64,000 bases of DNA from Balanoglossus misakiensis (taxonomy: Eukaryota > Animalia > Hemichordata). This document shows, piece by piece, positions 50,501 through 62,404 of the stretch. Positions within the stretch are counted from its first letter, which is position 1; the number at the start of each line of letters is the position of its first letter. The stretch covers positions 7,872,849 to 7,936,848 of the forward strand of contig CM082583.2 of the NCBI GenBank assembly GCA_040954595.2. The letters run 5' to 3'. Below the pieces are notes generated by a model, which saw only the letters and a list, made by a program, of their open reading frames with translations, did not search any database and had not been told where the DNA came from. Both the position numbers and the translations under genes were made by a program.

Positions 50501-51780
50501 GAGTGATAGATTCTCCACACATACGGGTCACCTGACTGTACGAGTCTGATATCAAGGCGGCACCTGTTTCTACTGGGTGGATGGGACAACTCTGACAAGA
50601 ATTCACTTGTTAATACGCGATTTAGTGTCCTGGCGGAAATGGCGAGATTTATTCAGAATAAGTCTGACATTATACCTGAAATATCAAACGTTTACCAGCG
50701 CTGTAATTGTTCAGCCTGAGGGCAAGTGGCTGCAATTTCCTGGCCTTTACTGTGGTTCAGAAAAGCACGAAGAAACAAGCGAAACGAATGATGCTGTTGT
50801 ACTTAAACGCCGCAAAATAAATGTTAAATAATAATAATATTCTTGAGATATTACACAAATGCTGACGCGGTGACGCAGCCAAGACAAACGAACAAATGTG
50901 GGACCACGAATCGGAGATATTATTTTACTGGAGAAAAGTTACCCGAAACGATTAAACCACCCAGCAAAAGATAAAAATGAAAGACTTCTAGCATGAGCGC
51001 TGTTTAGTTTGCATTAAACAAAACTTCTCATACTCACATGAACTGCAATTTTCTGTTCATATGAAATGCTTCATCCGAGACTTCTGTAACGCCGCAATCA
51101 GCGATTCTCCTAAGGATGGAGGGAAATTACACATTTAGGTAATTTGAAAAAAAAAATGGGTTCGTGGGATGAAAACATTATGGACACTTCGTAGACATAT
51201 CGAAAAAAAACATCGTCGTATTCCCCACACACGGTAAGTTAGAATTGGTGCAGACATCGTAACAAAATGTCCGCCAGGCGACCAAATATGAATGACATCG
51301 CTTCAAGCATGTCCGAGTTCTGACAGTCAAGCTGATGGGCAGTCAGAGCTCCATCTACAAATTCCCTCTCGGACTACATCTCGGGACTCTTACAATAGAT
51401 TTTTTATCTTCAGTAATAACTGCAATATGATCAGTGTAATTTATTCTTAATTTATTCATAATCACAGGGTCAGCAAATATTACTATTACTTAATACTAAA
51501 TTACACACCCCATGTATATTAATAACCGACTACACAGGACCGTATAGTCAAAGAGCTAACATTTCATATGTAAATGTTCAAAATTTCACGGTGTGATGCA
51601 CATGCGGGCAGTGTGAAGACTGGGCTTCTAACATTACCACGTGGACAAAATATCTGTCTGTAATTTTTTAATAAAAGTTAGACAAACATAAACAGTGTTA
51701 CTTACAGTTTTTCAAGTCGCGTCAAATGCTGAAGTGACGCTCGGCTGATGTTTCGCAGATCACTTTGGTTTTCAATAGTC
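35374..51780 (-). CDS. NTRK: Trk neurotrophin receptor tyrosine kinase (LRR-LRRCT-Ig-Ig-TM-kinase), 5'-partial
   Basis: Phase-consistent minus-strand exons 51706-51780, 51038-51109, 49056-49124, 43018-43172, 42540-42812, 41973-42302, [40544-40653 or 40240-40349], 37814-38087, 37098-37404, 36452-36692, 35908-36066, 35374-35565. Trk hallmarks: ENPNYF (Shc NPxY), [60 protein letters not shown] in Ig2. Confidence 0.95.
35908..36066 (-). CDS. NTRK: Trk kinase exon ([16 protein letters not shown]...[14 protein letters not shown])
   Basis: aatag / gtatgc, 159 nt; absent from the ORF track. Confidence 0.95.
36452..36692 (-). CDS. NTRK: Trk kinase exon (HRD, DFG, activation loop YxxDYY)
   Basis: cacag / gtaagt, 241 nt. 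Confidence 0.95.
37098..37404 (-). CDS. NTRK: Trk kinase N-lobe exon
   Basis: tacag / gtgggg, 307 nt; [13 protein letters not shown]. Confidence 0.94.
37814..38087 (-). CDS. NTRK: Trk transmembrane and juxtamembrane exon
   Basis: tgcag / gtatcc, 274 nt; hydrophobic [21 protein letters not shown], basic stop-transfer RKRRR, ENPNY. Confidence 0.92.
40240..40349 (-). CDS. NTRK: Trk extracellular stalk exon B (candidate mutually exclusive)
   Basis: tatag / gtaagt, 110 nt, phase 1->0; [36 protein letters not shown]. Confidence 0.65.
40544..40653 (-). CDS. NTRK: Trk extracellular stalk exon A (candidate mutually exclusive)
   Basis: tctag / gtaagt, 110 nt, phase 1->0; [36 protein letters not shown]. 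Confidence 0.65.
41973..42302 (-). CDS. NTRK: Trk Ig2 (ligand-binding) exon
   Basis: aacag / gtaagc, 330 nt; [33 protein letters not shown]. Confidence 0.92.
42540..42812 (-). CDS. NTRK: Trk Ig1 exon
   Basis: cccag / gtaagt, 273 nt; [22 protein letters not shown]. Confidence 0.92.
43018..43172 (-). CDS. NTRK: Trk LRR C-terminal cap exon
   Basis: aacag / gtcagt, 155 nt; [17 protein letters not shown]...C...SC; absent from the ORF track. Confidence 0.9.
49056..49124 (-). CDS. NTRK: Trk LRR exon 3
   Basis: ttcag / gtgagt, 69 nt, phase 2-2; [23 protein letters not shown]. Confidence 0.88.
51038..51109 (-). CDS. NTRK: Trk LRR exon 2
   Basis: cttag / gtgagt, 72 nt, phase 2-2; [23 protein letters not shown]. 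Confidence 0.88.
51706..51780 (-). CDS. NTRK: Trk LRR exon 1
   Basis: ttcag / gtaagt, 75 nt, phase 2-2; [25 protein letters not shown]. Confidence 0.88.
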
Positions 51781-54700
51781 CTGAAAGACGAGGAAAATCG
51801 GTAATTATTATCGCGATCTGTTTTTTTTTTTTCGTGCGGGATTTCGTGAAGTCACGTGAACGTCTCGTGACACACACAACGTGAACAGGAGATCACATGA
51901 CATATCGCCTATTGCCCCGGCAACCACTGAGCTTTTCATAGAAAACTAAACAATCTTGGTCGCGTGTGAAGGAATAAAAAGAACTCCGTGGAAACTGATG
52001 ACTAGATAAGGAGAATGGAATGATCCAAGTGGACAATGTTTCTTATATGTTTAATATGTACATCCTTTAGAGTAGAATCAAGACTCTTGGATTTACGAAA
52101 TACGATAATTGAACATGGAAATGCCTCAGATAGATAGATTGTCCGTGGGCAGAGGCACTCGAATGATATGACGACCTTTACGTTGCGGGCAAATATAACG
52201 ATAGTGAACAAAACACTGGAATAAACATGGCAACTAGAAGCTCAGTTATAAACATTTCACGCTTGGATGGGTTAGGACATTTTGAGACTTAAAAATATCT
52301 CCGCTAAATCCAGCTTGCCATGAATAACTGGAGCGAATGTCAAAGTTTTCGCAGAAGATAATGGGAAAACCCAAGAACTGCAATTTTCCTTGCGGTCGTT
52401 AAGTATATTTCGCGGGATTTTCCTTATCTGGTCGTGATTTTCAAGTAAGCGCCAAGTCACGACTCGGGTTTTTTTGCCGTAGTTTGATATGTCTGGCGGG
52501 CCTGTAGGGACCCCGCGCTGTAACACCGCTGTTCAGTCAATAATACACGATGACAGAACGTTTGAACGGCGATCGTCGTGCCGACGACTGTCCAGCTGCA
52601 CACCGAGTGGACGTTACACGTTCACGAACCACGCCGTTTCCCCTCGGGTTAAGAGGAAATGATCACAAGGTTTATGTATAATATACATGTATTGCACTTG
52701 GGGATGACCGCACGAATTTCAAGCGTCTCGCGTGTGACAAGACTTCCACATCGCATTGTCAGATGCTGTCGTAATGTCACCACAGTCCCCGTCACAAATG
52801 TCTGAGATTAGCATCCTTCCGAGAGTATAGCGATGCACAAAAGGAGCAAAAGTGGGAGGTTACGGTGTTAAGCAGGCGAAATTCAAAATGAAGAGAATTC
52901 CTGTAAATTAGCAAACTAAAGTACGCATTTGATTTAATCAAAGCCATCGACTGATGTCCCCCTTTCCTCTCCCCATTGATTTTTGTGTCAAAATCTTGAC
53001 AGGCTCAGAAAACCACGGAGTGACACTTTCAGGCCGTGGGTATTATCGGTGTTCTCACCGCCCCTGGTAGCCATAACATTATTATCGTACAATCCTTTAC
53101 ATATAACACAGAATGCAGTCCAGCCTCGTCACTACCGTGTACTGACATCTACATGTATTGGGGCCGCTGAAAACCACAGATACAACTACGCGAGGCCATT
53201 CCAGCGTAACCACGGCGACGAGAAACCTCATACTGCGGGTCACTCTGATGAAAACAGATGGTTTAGAGTCGTTTATAATTGCGCGTCACCGTCAACGATG
53301 CGAATTTGATGGTTTGCGCGAACGTATATGTTACCTGGCAGCAAACAGTCACATTCGTAAAGTAGTGCTCGACTTTGAAATCGCATCACAATCTTTTGTT
53401 GGTACCCCCCCCCCCTAACAGTTTATACGTTTTACATTGTTTTCTTCGGTTTCAAATTGGGCACATTCACTAACATCTAAAATCCAAAATGGCCGCCAAC
53501 ATTAACATGCTAATTTGTACACAAAAAGTTGCACATGTTCAGTTCAGACGACCCTCCCCTTTAAAGACAGCCTCGCTCGTCCAAACGATAAGCTGCCTGA
53601 TTCGTTAGATCCGCGAGGGTAATGCAACTTTTTGAGAATCGGTTCAAACGAAAGCGAGAGGTTATTCTTTCTGTGTATTTATCGGTCTCATAAAATCAAT
53701 GGTATCCATTGACCCTGCAGTTCACTTATCTGACGCTACTCAATTCGATGACGTTCAAAATAAACGCATCCTCGGGCAAAAAAAACCATGGAATGCACAC
53801 ACCATATTGATTTCAATTGATTTGCATTTCCTGGTTTCAATATTCCACCATGGTTCTCGGCAGCCATTTTGCATTTGGCACTCAAATCATAACTCCTCGT
53901 CGCGATAGCTTGAACGGCAATAATGAGGTTGAACCGTGGGGCCCACACAGTCGCAAAACACACATCTCCTAGAGATTCCGATAAATAACACTGATTCTGT
54001 TTGTTATTTGGAGGTCAAAGGTTGTTTTACACACTTGTAGCTTTTATTCGGATTTCACTGGCGTGCGTGTCTGTGTGTTCTTGTCACGCGACTCTAGTAT
54101 AATGGTACTCTAGTATGGTCATGGTCTTCTCCTATACTGAAGGCTAATCTTGGCAGAATAAACCGAGTAGACACGTCTTATCGTTGATAAGGCAACGGTT
54201 TATAAACAGCTCTTGTCCAAATTTACAAACAACCTCAGTTGGGTTCGATGTGATGTTCGATGTTATTAAAACAAAGAACCATGGGAAACCCTTCGCACAG
54301 TGCATTTTATTCTGCAGTAGCTTGACTGTGTAGAATTGTTCGCAGGAAACGTCACACGATTCAACACAGCCGTTTTGGAATCTACCGACCTGGTACAGAG
54401 GTGCATCGATAGGCCAACGAACTGTGGCAACAGGCTCGCCTGGGCACAGTGGGTGTCGCTCCCTGAGCACGATGGTTCTACGTATTTGTATCGGACTACG
54501 CCACACTGTGATTTTCCGAAGAGTCAACAAGATATCACGTTTAGAAGATGTCCGTATTTTGTACATCGTTCTGCTTTAAGCGTAATCGCTGCCGGAGGGA
54601 ATTGGCATCAGACGTTTTAAGGTCTCATTATCCGTATCTTTTGTGCATTGTCTTGTCACAAAAAATCATCCCATATTTAATCACACTCCTTGCAAAATTA

Positions 54701-55287
54701 TACCTTTTAAGCAAAACAACAGTGTGTCTGTATCGGTTGTCACCACATTGCAGAATATCAGTCGTATTCTTCTTACGGGAATTTCCGCGTCTTTCCAACT
54801 GACGCATGACAATTCAGTTGAAAAACAAACAAATTGAAGACAGAGCTTATTCTGTGTCGATAACTTAATATCTAGTTTTCATCATTGCGAAAGTTTTCAA
54901 ACCTCCGCTCCGGGCTTGATCCAAGTAGATACTATAGTTGATAAGGAGTCATATCACTTCAAAAGAAAGATTTATGACCTCCCTTCTGTCTTAAATTCCC
55001 GGAAAACGCGACCTCGCTGAAATAATCACCTTCAAAGATCGCTGATACCAGAGTACGTCAACGACGAAAACTTGCTTTCATTTACAATGGGCGTAAAACC
55101 GCAGTTTATATTTACACACTAAAACACACAGCTGAAGAAATAACAGCACAGTGACCAGCGACGGGGAGATATTACAGGTGCTTGCACGATCCATTATCTA
55201 CCTTCTTAATCGCGCGCCCTTTAAATAATTTGATATCGATAAAACGTGTCCATTAAATCAGTGTTAATGAGTGGTAGCCGGAGATTT

Positions 55288-55767
55288 CTTAAACTTCTTT
55301 TGTCACACTGGTTTTCTGGAATAGACAACGGCCCGCTGACAAAAAAAAGATGCCACTGACATTTACTGTATTTCCAAACACAAGACCCTTGAAAGGTCGC
55401 CCTCGCCAAACTCAGTGGCTGCATTATGGAACTTTACATATCGATAAAATGACGTCAGACATTGCGTTTTGTTCCATTTCAGCTTTAAGACGAAAATTAC
55501 TTTCAAGTCTTAACTTAAGCAAAATTAATCTCATGTTGAAATATACTTCGTGGCTTAGGCAAACCATCCACCGGCGGTCCACGAAGAACACAATCAACCT
55601 ATTAATCTAAAAATAAATAAATCTAGTTGCATTTTTCAATTATACAACCGGCGACGCAAACGTTATAATCACGGAAAGGTCCAAATCCACTCACGAGACA
55701 ATGCTTTATCTACGTTACTTAAAACTATGTCTATTCCAGAAAACCAGTGTGACAAAAGAAGTTTAAG
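55288..55767. mobile_element. MITE-like element with 40-bp perfect terminal inverted repeats and 4-bp flanking duplication (ATTT)
   Basis: 55288-55327 (CTTAAACTTCTTTTGTCACACTGGTTTTCTGGAATAGACA) is the exact reverse complement of 55728-55767; ATTT at 55284-55287 and 55768-55771. Confidence 0.75.
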
Positions 55768-56700
55768 ATTTCATGTCGCCATCTTAGTTTTCAGCAATAT
55801 CTCTTCCAAACGCAGATTTAAAACCGTCTTCTCTGCCTTTTCTTCGCGTAATCTCCAAGTCTCTCTTCAGAAATTGGTAAGCGGGGGAGCCTTTTTCTAT
55901 TTGTCGAGATTTCGGTGTGTGACTTACTTTGATGTGGGAGTCTAAATATTGCGAGGGGGATTGGTAACTATGGGTTATTTCAGTTGCTAAGCTACGCACG
56001 GAAAATATTATGTTGACGACCAGGTTTGGGTGAGTTTCGTCGATTTCATTTGTCTGAAACTTCACGAAGGTGATTCGGAACGTCGTCTTGGATGACTGTC
56101 CATATCTATATCAGGAGTTTGATCATTATACACAGAAAGGGAAAACGAGAAGGCTTTAAAAAGAAGACTTAGGAGATATCAACCCAAATTTGATGTTTAA
56201 AATCAAAGAAAATTGTGAATTTGGCTGGTAAGAAAAGTACTCACATGACGCAAAATAAACATCACATACACAGACATAATTGAATAATTAATACACGAAC
56301 CGAGCCAAATGATATGGCTTATTAATGACTGATGCGGTAAATGTGAGCTGGTCTGCACAGGCTCGAATAACATGATATGAGATATACCGAAGGATATAGG
56401 GTTTCACCCTGGTTCGTTTTCTCAAAGTAGCCAAATTGACTGCGTGGGTAATGTTAAAAGCCTGGCCAAATTGATGGCATATTACACTGAAACTCTATCA
56501 TTTCTGCAGCAAAACACTTCAGACAGCTGAAATCACACGTCACACAAGGAACATCGGAAAACATAATGCAGTGTGGGTGGTGTGTGTGATACTGATCTCT
56601 TTCTTTTAATCAAACACGCGTTTGTGCACTCTCCTTGCCTATGGACGACATGTGTTTTCATGTTTGAAGGTAAACTACTGGCACAAGAGCCGCTCCTTAG

Positions 56701-56810
56701 TCTCTGTCTCTCTATTTCTCTCCCTCCCCCTCCTTCCCTCCCTCCCTCCCTCCTTCTCTCTCCCTCTCTCTGTCCCTCTCTCTCTATCTCTCTCCCCCTC
56801 TTTCTCTCTC
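56701..56810 (+). repeat. CT-rich polypyrimidine microsatellite
   Basis: Imperfect (CT)n/(CCCT)n tract of about 110 bp. Confidence 0.85.
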
Positions 56811-57871
56811 AGTACATTTGCAAGAAATCAGATAGCAGATGTCCATGTAATGACAAACCAAAAATGGTTGTTTCCATGACGACGTAACGGCTCCTTTGGA
56901 CCCAAGAGTGTACTCCAAAGAGATGAACCAAACCGCCGTTGCCATAGCGGCAAAGAAAATACAAACCGTTCGGAATTCAGATTGATGCCATTTGCCTCTA
57001 TCAAATTTGAAATATTTCAAAGTGCAATATTTCGATGACCTGGACTTTAATATTGTGACAGACTACACACAAAGGCAAAATAACGGACCAGGATCTACTG
57101 GATATCGGTGGTTTTCTAAGGAATTTCTGATAGCGTTGCGGCTAATTTGCATAACACTGTTCTATTGTCTTATCACAATTCAGAGTAGTGGCCACTATGC
57201 ACTGCGGCTATCATGTGCAAAAGTGTAAAGTGCTAAGTGTTCGACATCTCCGACCATTTGTCTTTGACCAAATGGATTGAGAGAGATTCGTTCAGATGTC
57301 GTAAAACATTAAATCACTCTCTGCGTGCGGGCATATGCATTAAGATGATTAGTTCATAATAAAGACTATGTCTTTCAAATGTTCAATTATCAGGGACGGT
57401 TAGAAATGCCAGAGAGGCTACTCATTCGTTGATGGCGGATGTTGCCAAGGCCTCTGTGACGCAAGAAAACTGGTCATATTCGCAAGTCATTTTTTTTGTG
57501 TGTCACGCGCGAATCAGGCTCGGGAGTGACCTGGGTGGGCTAATAGGTGTGAAGAACCGCGAAAGGTCACCGGGGTTCCCTGCCTTGCTAGGTCACAGAA
57601 ACAACCAGTGCGTGCGCTGCTTAATGAGGACCGCTGAGTATAAAGGCCGAATGCATCACCATCACCATGCACTGTATATATAGATATATATCTATGGTCA
57701 TAATAATGCTACTTCATATTCAGCGGTGCGCTCCGATAACTGACGCGCGACTTACCCCGGTCGGTGCGCGCCAATAAACTGATAAAAAAGCACAATGTCA
57801 ACTGACGTAAAACTTCTTGGTAGATTGATTACTGATTAGATCAGCTAAAGTTATGTTATCACGATCACCAC

Positions 57872-57923
57872 CCTCCTCCTTCTCCTCCTCCTCCTCATCA
57901 TCATCATCATCACCATCATCATC
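57872..57923 (+). repeat. Compound (CCT)n(CAT)n microsatellite
   Basis: cctcctcc...catcatcatcat seen directly. Confidence 0.8.
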
Positions 57924-59223
57924 AGAGTAAAATGTTCGTTCTAATCCAACCTAATATTCGATTATGATAATTACATAATTCTAAGTATTTACATTACTAA
58001 CATCAACACCATCATGGCCGTCAACGTGTTTGTTTGGGCTCTTCGTACATAGCAACCTTGAGGCTCCAAGTTCACTCTCGCGCACCATAGTAACTTAAAA
58101 TAACCGAGATCACGGTCGTGACCATGCCCTGTCCATCTACATGACACTTTTGGTATTATCTCCAGATGGTAACAAACGACTAGATTTATGAGCGGCCTAG
58201 ACCATCACAATGCTTTCCTAACAGAGCGTGCAGCTGGAGAGAATGTGAACGACTTTGGTCGACATTTTCTCTGATACAGAGATATATAACTGAGAGTGTA
58301 CGGGTTTATGCAACAGTTGGCTTCACCTTGGGAAATTACTAAGACATGGCATTCACTGGGAAACCATGGTCTCCGGCTATGTCGGTTTACTCTTCTGTAC
58401 ACCGATATTTTTATAAAAAGAAAAAAATGTCGGTTTTACACATGAGATTATCCGGACTTGTGTAACATAGCATGCCCCGATTAAAACGGACCATCAAGAT
58501 ATTCGTCACGGAATAAGGAACATTATCTGAAGGTTTGGTCTCTTGAATCATGTGAAATTGTAGAGGGCGGAAAGACTCCGACATGTTTAAGGGAGTGGTG
58601 AAATTCAACCAGTGCCAGTTTTGGACACCGGCGCTTATTCAATCCTACACATACATGTTGTGTTGCTAAGCTAAATGCTGGTCGCTTCATCATAATATTC
58701 GTGAATTTGATCAAGAAACTACAGAAAATACACGAAACAAAACACTGAAATCATAGTGTACAGCTTACGGAGCTTTAAAATCAGCACGTGTGTTTTCACT
58801 CTGGTTACTATACCGGGGGACACAGTTTCACATGTACACTCATCCAACTGACCCTGCACTGTATGATCACGCCCACACAAGGATCAAAGGGTTTGAAGTC
58901 AACGAACACTCGGACTTTGACATGGCGGTAATTTCCCTCATCTCTTTCATCGCCTATTCACGAACTAAAACATCAGAGAGCGAACGGCCATTGAATGTTA
59001 AATGAATAAAAATTGTTTGCATCGCGTAAGCTGTTAAATGCACTTAAATCTATCCAACCCACACGCCAAAACTGAAACCCGTTCACGTCTGATTACGTAA
59101 ACTGAAAGTTACATGTATGTCCAGTCGACAACAAATCTGCCTACATCCTTCTTTCTCGAACTTTCGCTGTCTCTTTCCGTCTCTATTCCTCTTGTCTCCC
59201 TGACTACATGCGCGTGTACGCGT

Positions 59224-59276
59224 GTCTGCCTGCCTGCCTGCATGCATGCATCTGTCTGTCTGTCTGTCTGTCTGTC
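59224..59276 (+). repeat. Compound tetranucleotide repeat (CCTG)n(CATG)n(TCTG)n
   Basis: Seen directly. Confidence 0.75.
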
Positions 59277-60332
59277 ATCTTCAAGGAGAGTCTAGCAATA
59301 GCTTTTGTTTTCATATTACATAATACGCCAGACAGACACTGTTCAAACCACGTCGTTCATGTCTTGGCAGGTTTTGGAAGACCACAGAGATCTGACAGAC
59401 TCCGAGAGCAGCAACGATAACAACCAACACACGGTTCAATTCTTTTGCCCTTTATACAATAAAAACTCCCCATCTCCAGATCTCAGTATCACTCAAAACG
59501 AGAAAAAAAAATACGAGCCCATCTCCAAGACTCTTCAAGTCTGGAACCTACAAACTAAAAGGGGATGTTTTGACACGAATCAGACTATTTTGTGATGAAT
59601 GATTCATGCCGTTTTGTGAGCAATTGTAACAGCTCTTTCTGGACATGTTTCACCATGCATCCGCCAGTCTGAGAAACGCCATCAGTCACATGGACTGTTC
59701 AGCTTGTCGCAACCTATTTGCACGCGACATCAAGGATGACGATTATGGCGCGGCCATAACGTCTCGAAATCTGAGGTGCGGGTTGACTAACTGGTGATAA
59801 TATTATCATTTTAAACCTGGTCATTATAATGCTGTTAGATCAGCCGCGGGATGATGTTGTCGAGCAAAGCTATCGATCGCAATGCATGATGGGTTAAAAT
59901 ACAGTCCCTAGTATAGTATTTCATACTTTTTGAAATACTAGATATTAAGATAATCTCTGATGCTATGGGTAGCTCATCTCTGTGCGGCATAAGAAACAGA
60001 GATATTAGCGTTAGGGCGGAATTCGCTCGCGAATGCAGATCGGTGTTTAGACTTGCAAACTGTCTCGCCCTGGGCTAATCTCTTCGAGGAAAGCTTATTC
60101 GATTCTCAAGGCTTTCTTTTATTTCAGACAAAAGAGTCCGTTTCGTTTCGTTCACAATAGCAAGCTAATATGCAGGAATTGTAGACAGACTGCCCATCTT
60201 TCCTGAGAGGCAATTCGGAGGGGGGCTTTGTTAACCCTTGAAAGGCAAAACAATCGGAAGTCAGAACGGGTTTGATAAAAAAGCATTTGATTACGGGATC
60301 GCCATAGCACTTGGCACAATACCTTGCATAAC

Positions 60333-60380
60333 CGAGACGAGACGAGACAGAACAGAACAGAACAGAACACAGCACAACAC
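60333..60380 (+). repeat. Pentanucleotide repeat (CGAGA)n(CAGAA)n
   Basis: Seen directly. Confidence 0.7.
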
Positions 60381-62383
60381 AAGAATCCCTCCACCAACAC
60401 ATAGTCCCTCCGCCGCAGTGTGGGGAGACGATGGCCACCCTAAACCGGATGGTGGGCGGAATCTGAACCTGCTGAGCGCACTCTTACGGACAGTGAAAAC
60501 TCATCTTGTATATGGGCCACGCCTTCAATCATCCACCACGGTTAACGCGGTTGCAAGACTCGAGAATGAGAGCCGTTATCAACTTACTCGTGTGTTTTCC
60601 CTAAACTACGCTACATTTTGTCGTGCAAATGCGATTAATGGGTCGTATGCCCATTAGTCTACCTGAATAAATAATAAATAAAAAAATAAAAAGAAATTCT
60701 CCCAAGATATGCATCATATGTCTATCATATCGTTTACGTTCACACCTCGTTTTACTTACAGGTAAGGTTTTGACAAGATTAAGAGGTTACCAGGGCAACG
60801 GAGTGTAGTAGGCGTTGAATAAGAGTCATCTGTTCATCACAGTTTCACAGTTTACATAACGGGGCAGCATTTAAGTACCGTTGGATTAAGTGCAACCATG
60901 ACGACAGCATCATCGTTTGTGCAAGTACCCGGATACACTGCATAACCAAGTTTTCGACACCTCGTTTTTGTTTGTTTGCTGGGAAACTTACAGCAAAAAC
61001 TAGTTGAATATGTGTTCTATGCCATGTATTTTGCATAAATAACCTATTGCAAATGTGCTCTGGATATAACAAGCAAAAACAGCAACGTTTTTCACTGCAA
61101 ACGCCGGTACATCCCGTGTCAGAAAACTAACCCTGCCTCGTGGCGCCGGTGTATTTCCGCGGCACACATTGAGTATGGCTGGGTCACGACATGTCTGAAC
61201 TGAACAGACAAGCTGGGGACGGGTAGGGGAGGCACAGAATGACACGTTTGCAATGATATCGTCGCTTTTGTCACGTGATATCGCCGGAACGCTAGACTGG
61301 GCGCATGCTGGAATGCCCTAAGCGTCTTGCGGTGACCACGGTCGCATGCTTGCCGTGAACGGCGAAGAAGATGTGTGTATAACATCTGGAGTGATGACAG
61401 ATTTTTTTCTCTCTCGACCACATAATCTAGCATGCCATGTCTCCTCACGATTCCAGCTCTTCATAAGTTGGGCCTTCATGGAGCTTTTGGTTCGGGGAGG
61501 AGGAGGAGGGGGGAGTTCATGATTGTTGAGGACCGACCAGACACTGTCGATAACACGTGCTGCGGGAGTGGAGATACGCCGCAAGGACACGCACACACAG
61601 ACCAGTACCAGCTTACGTAATCAACATCCAGCCGAACGTGCCAGTGTCCTGAAGAGATAATCCCATTCTCTATAAATAAATGGACACTTACGTAACCATT
61701 GATTAATTATTAATTTCCCATATGGCATTCACGGTCACTCCACAGTTAGAGGTGGCGTGTCCGTGTACTTTCCATGCGATTCTGTCCACCAGATACAAAG
61801 TTGACATCGTGCCAGATTCATTTGATTATCACGCGTTGTGGTAAAACAGTCATATTGGTCGAAATTATTGGATTAATTTAAAGTCGACGTTTTGTGCCAC
61901 AATGTCTGGTGTGAATTCACAGAAGACGGTTTATGCGTGGGGTGTTTTTTTTTTAAATTGCAAGAAAATTGTCCTACTTAAATTGCACCGTGGTTTAAGT
62001 GCATCCTCCGAGAAATGCAAAGTTGTATTTAAATTAAGCACCCATTCAAGGCCACATTGCATTCAAAAGTCGAAAAGACAACAGCGAGGCCGTTGACCCC
62101 AGCATACGTTTTGACAAGACGGCTCATCATCTGCAGATCTCTGACAGCAGATACGCGACGCAGCAGTGCGGTTTTTTTTAGATGCCGCGCGGGTCTCGCA
62201 ACTCCCAACACACGCCGGTGTTCTGAGCCAAACACAATTCGCGCAGTACTAAATCTGGGTAAATAATCAGCGACTATGTAATGTAATAAGTTGGGGCGAA
62301 AAAAAAATGGCGTGAAGCAATCTCACCATCGTTGCAAAGCCCGTTGCCGATGATACTGCTCTAATGCGCACATGGATGCTTGA

Positions 62384-62404
62384 TGACGTCAAGGGATGAC
62401 GTCA
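62384..62404. promoter_or_regulatory. Tandem full cAMP response elements (TGACGTCA x2)
   Basis: TGACGTCA at 62384-62391 and 62397-62404, upstream of the first identified Trk exon; function is inferred. Confidence 0.5.

Noticed and set aside
50607-50675. A second 69-nt, phase 2-2 open segment between Trk LRR exons 2 and 3 ([13 protein letters not shown]...)
   Set aside because: No LRR consensus and a weak donor (GTGAAT); the exon at 49056-49124 fits much better. The size match is probably chance.
54144-54620. Overlapping 140-aa and 94-aa ORFs in the Trk 5' intron
   Set aside because: No recognisable domain, splice pattern or transposase/RT motif.
60124-60438. Cys-rich minus-strand ORF as a candidate Trk signal peptide / LRRNT exon
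   Set aside because: The hydrophobic stretch is a translated pentanucleotide repeat; no CPxxCxC cap or suitable phase-2 donor was found. Exon 1 is probably outside the window.
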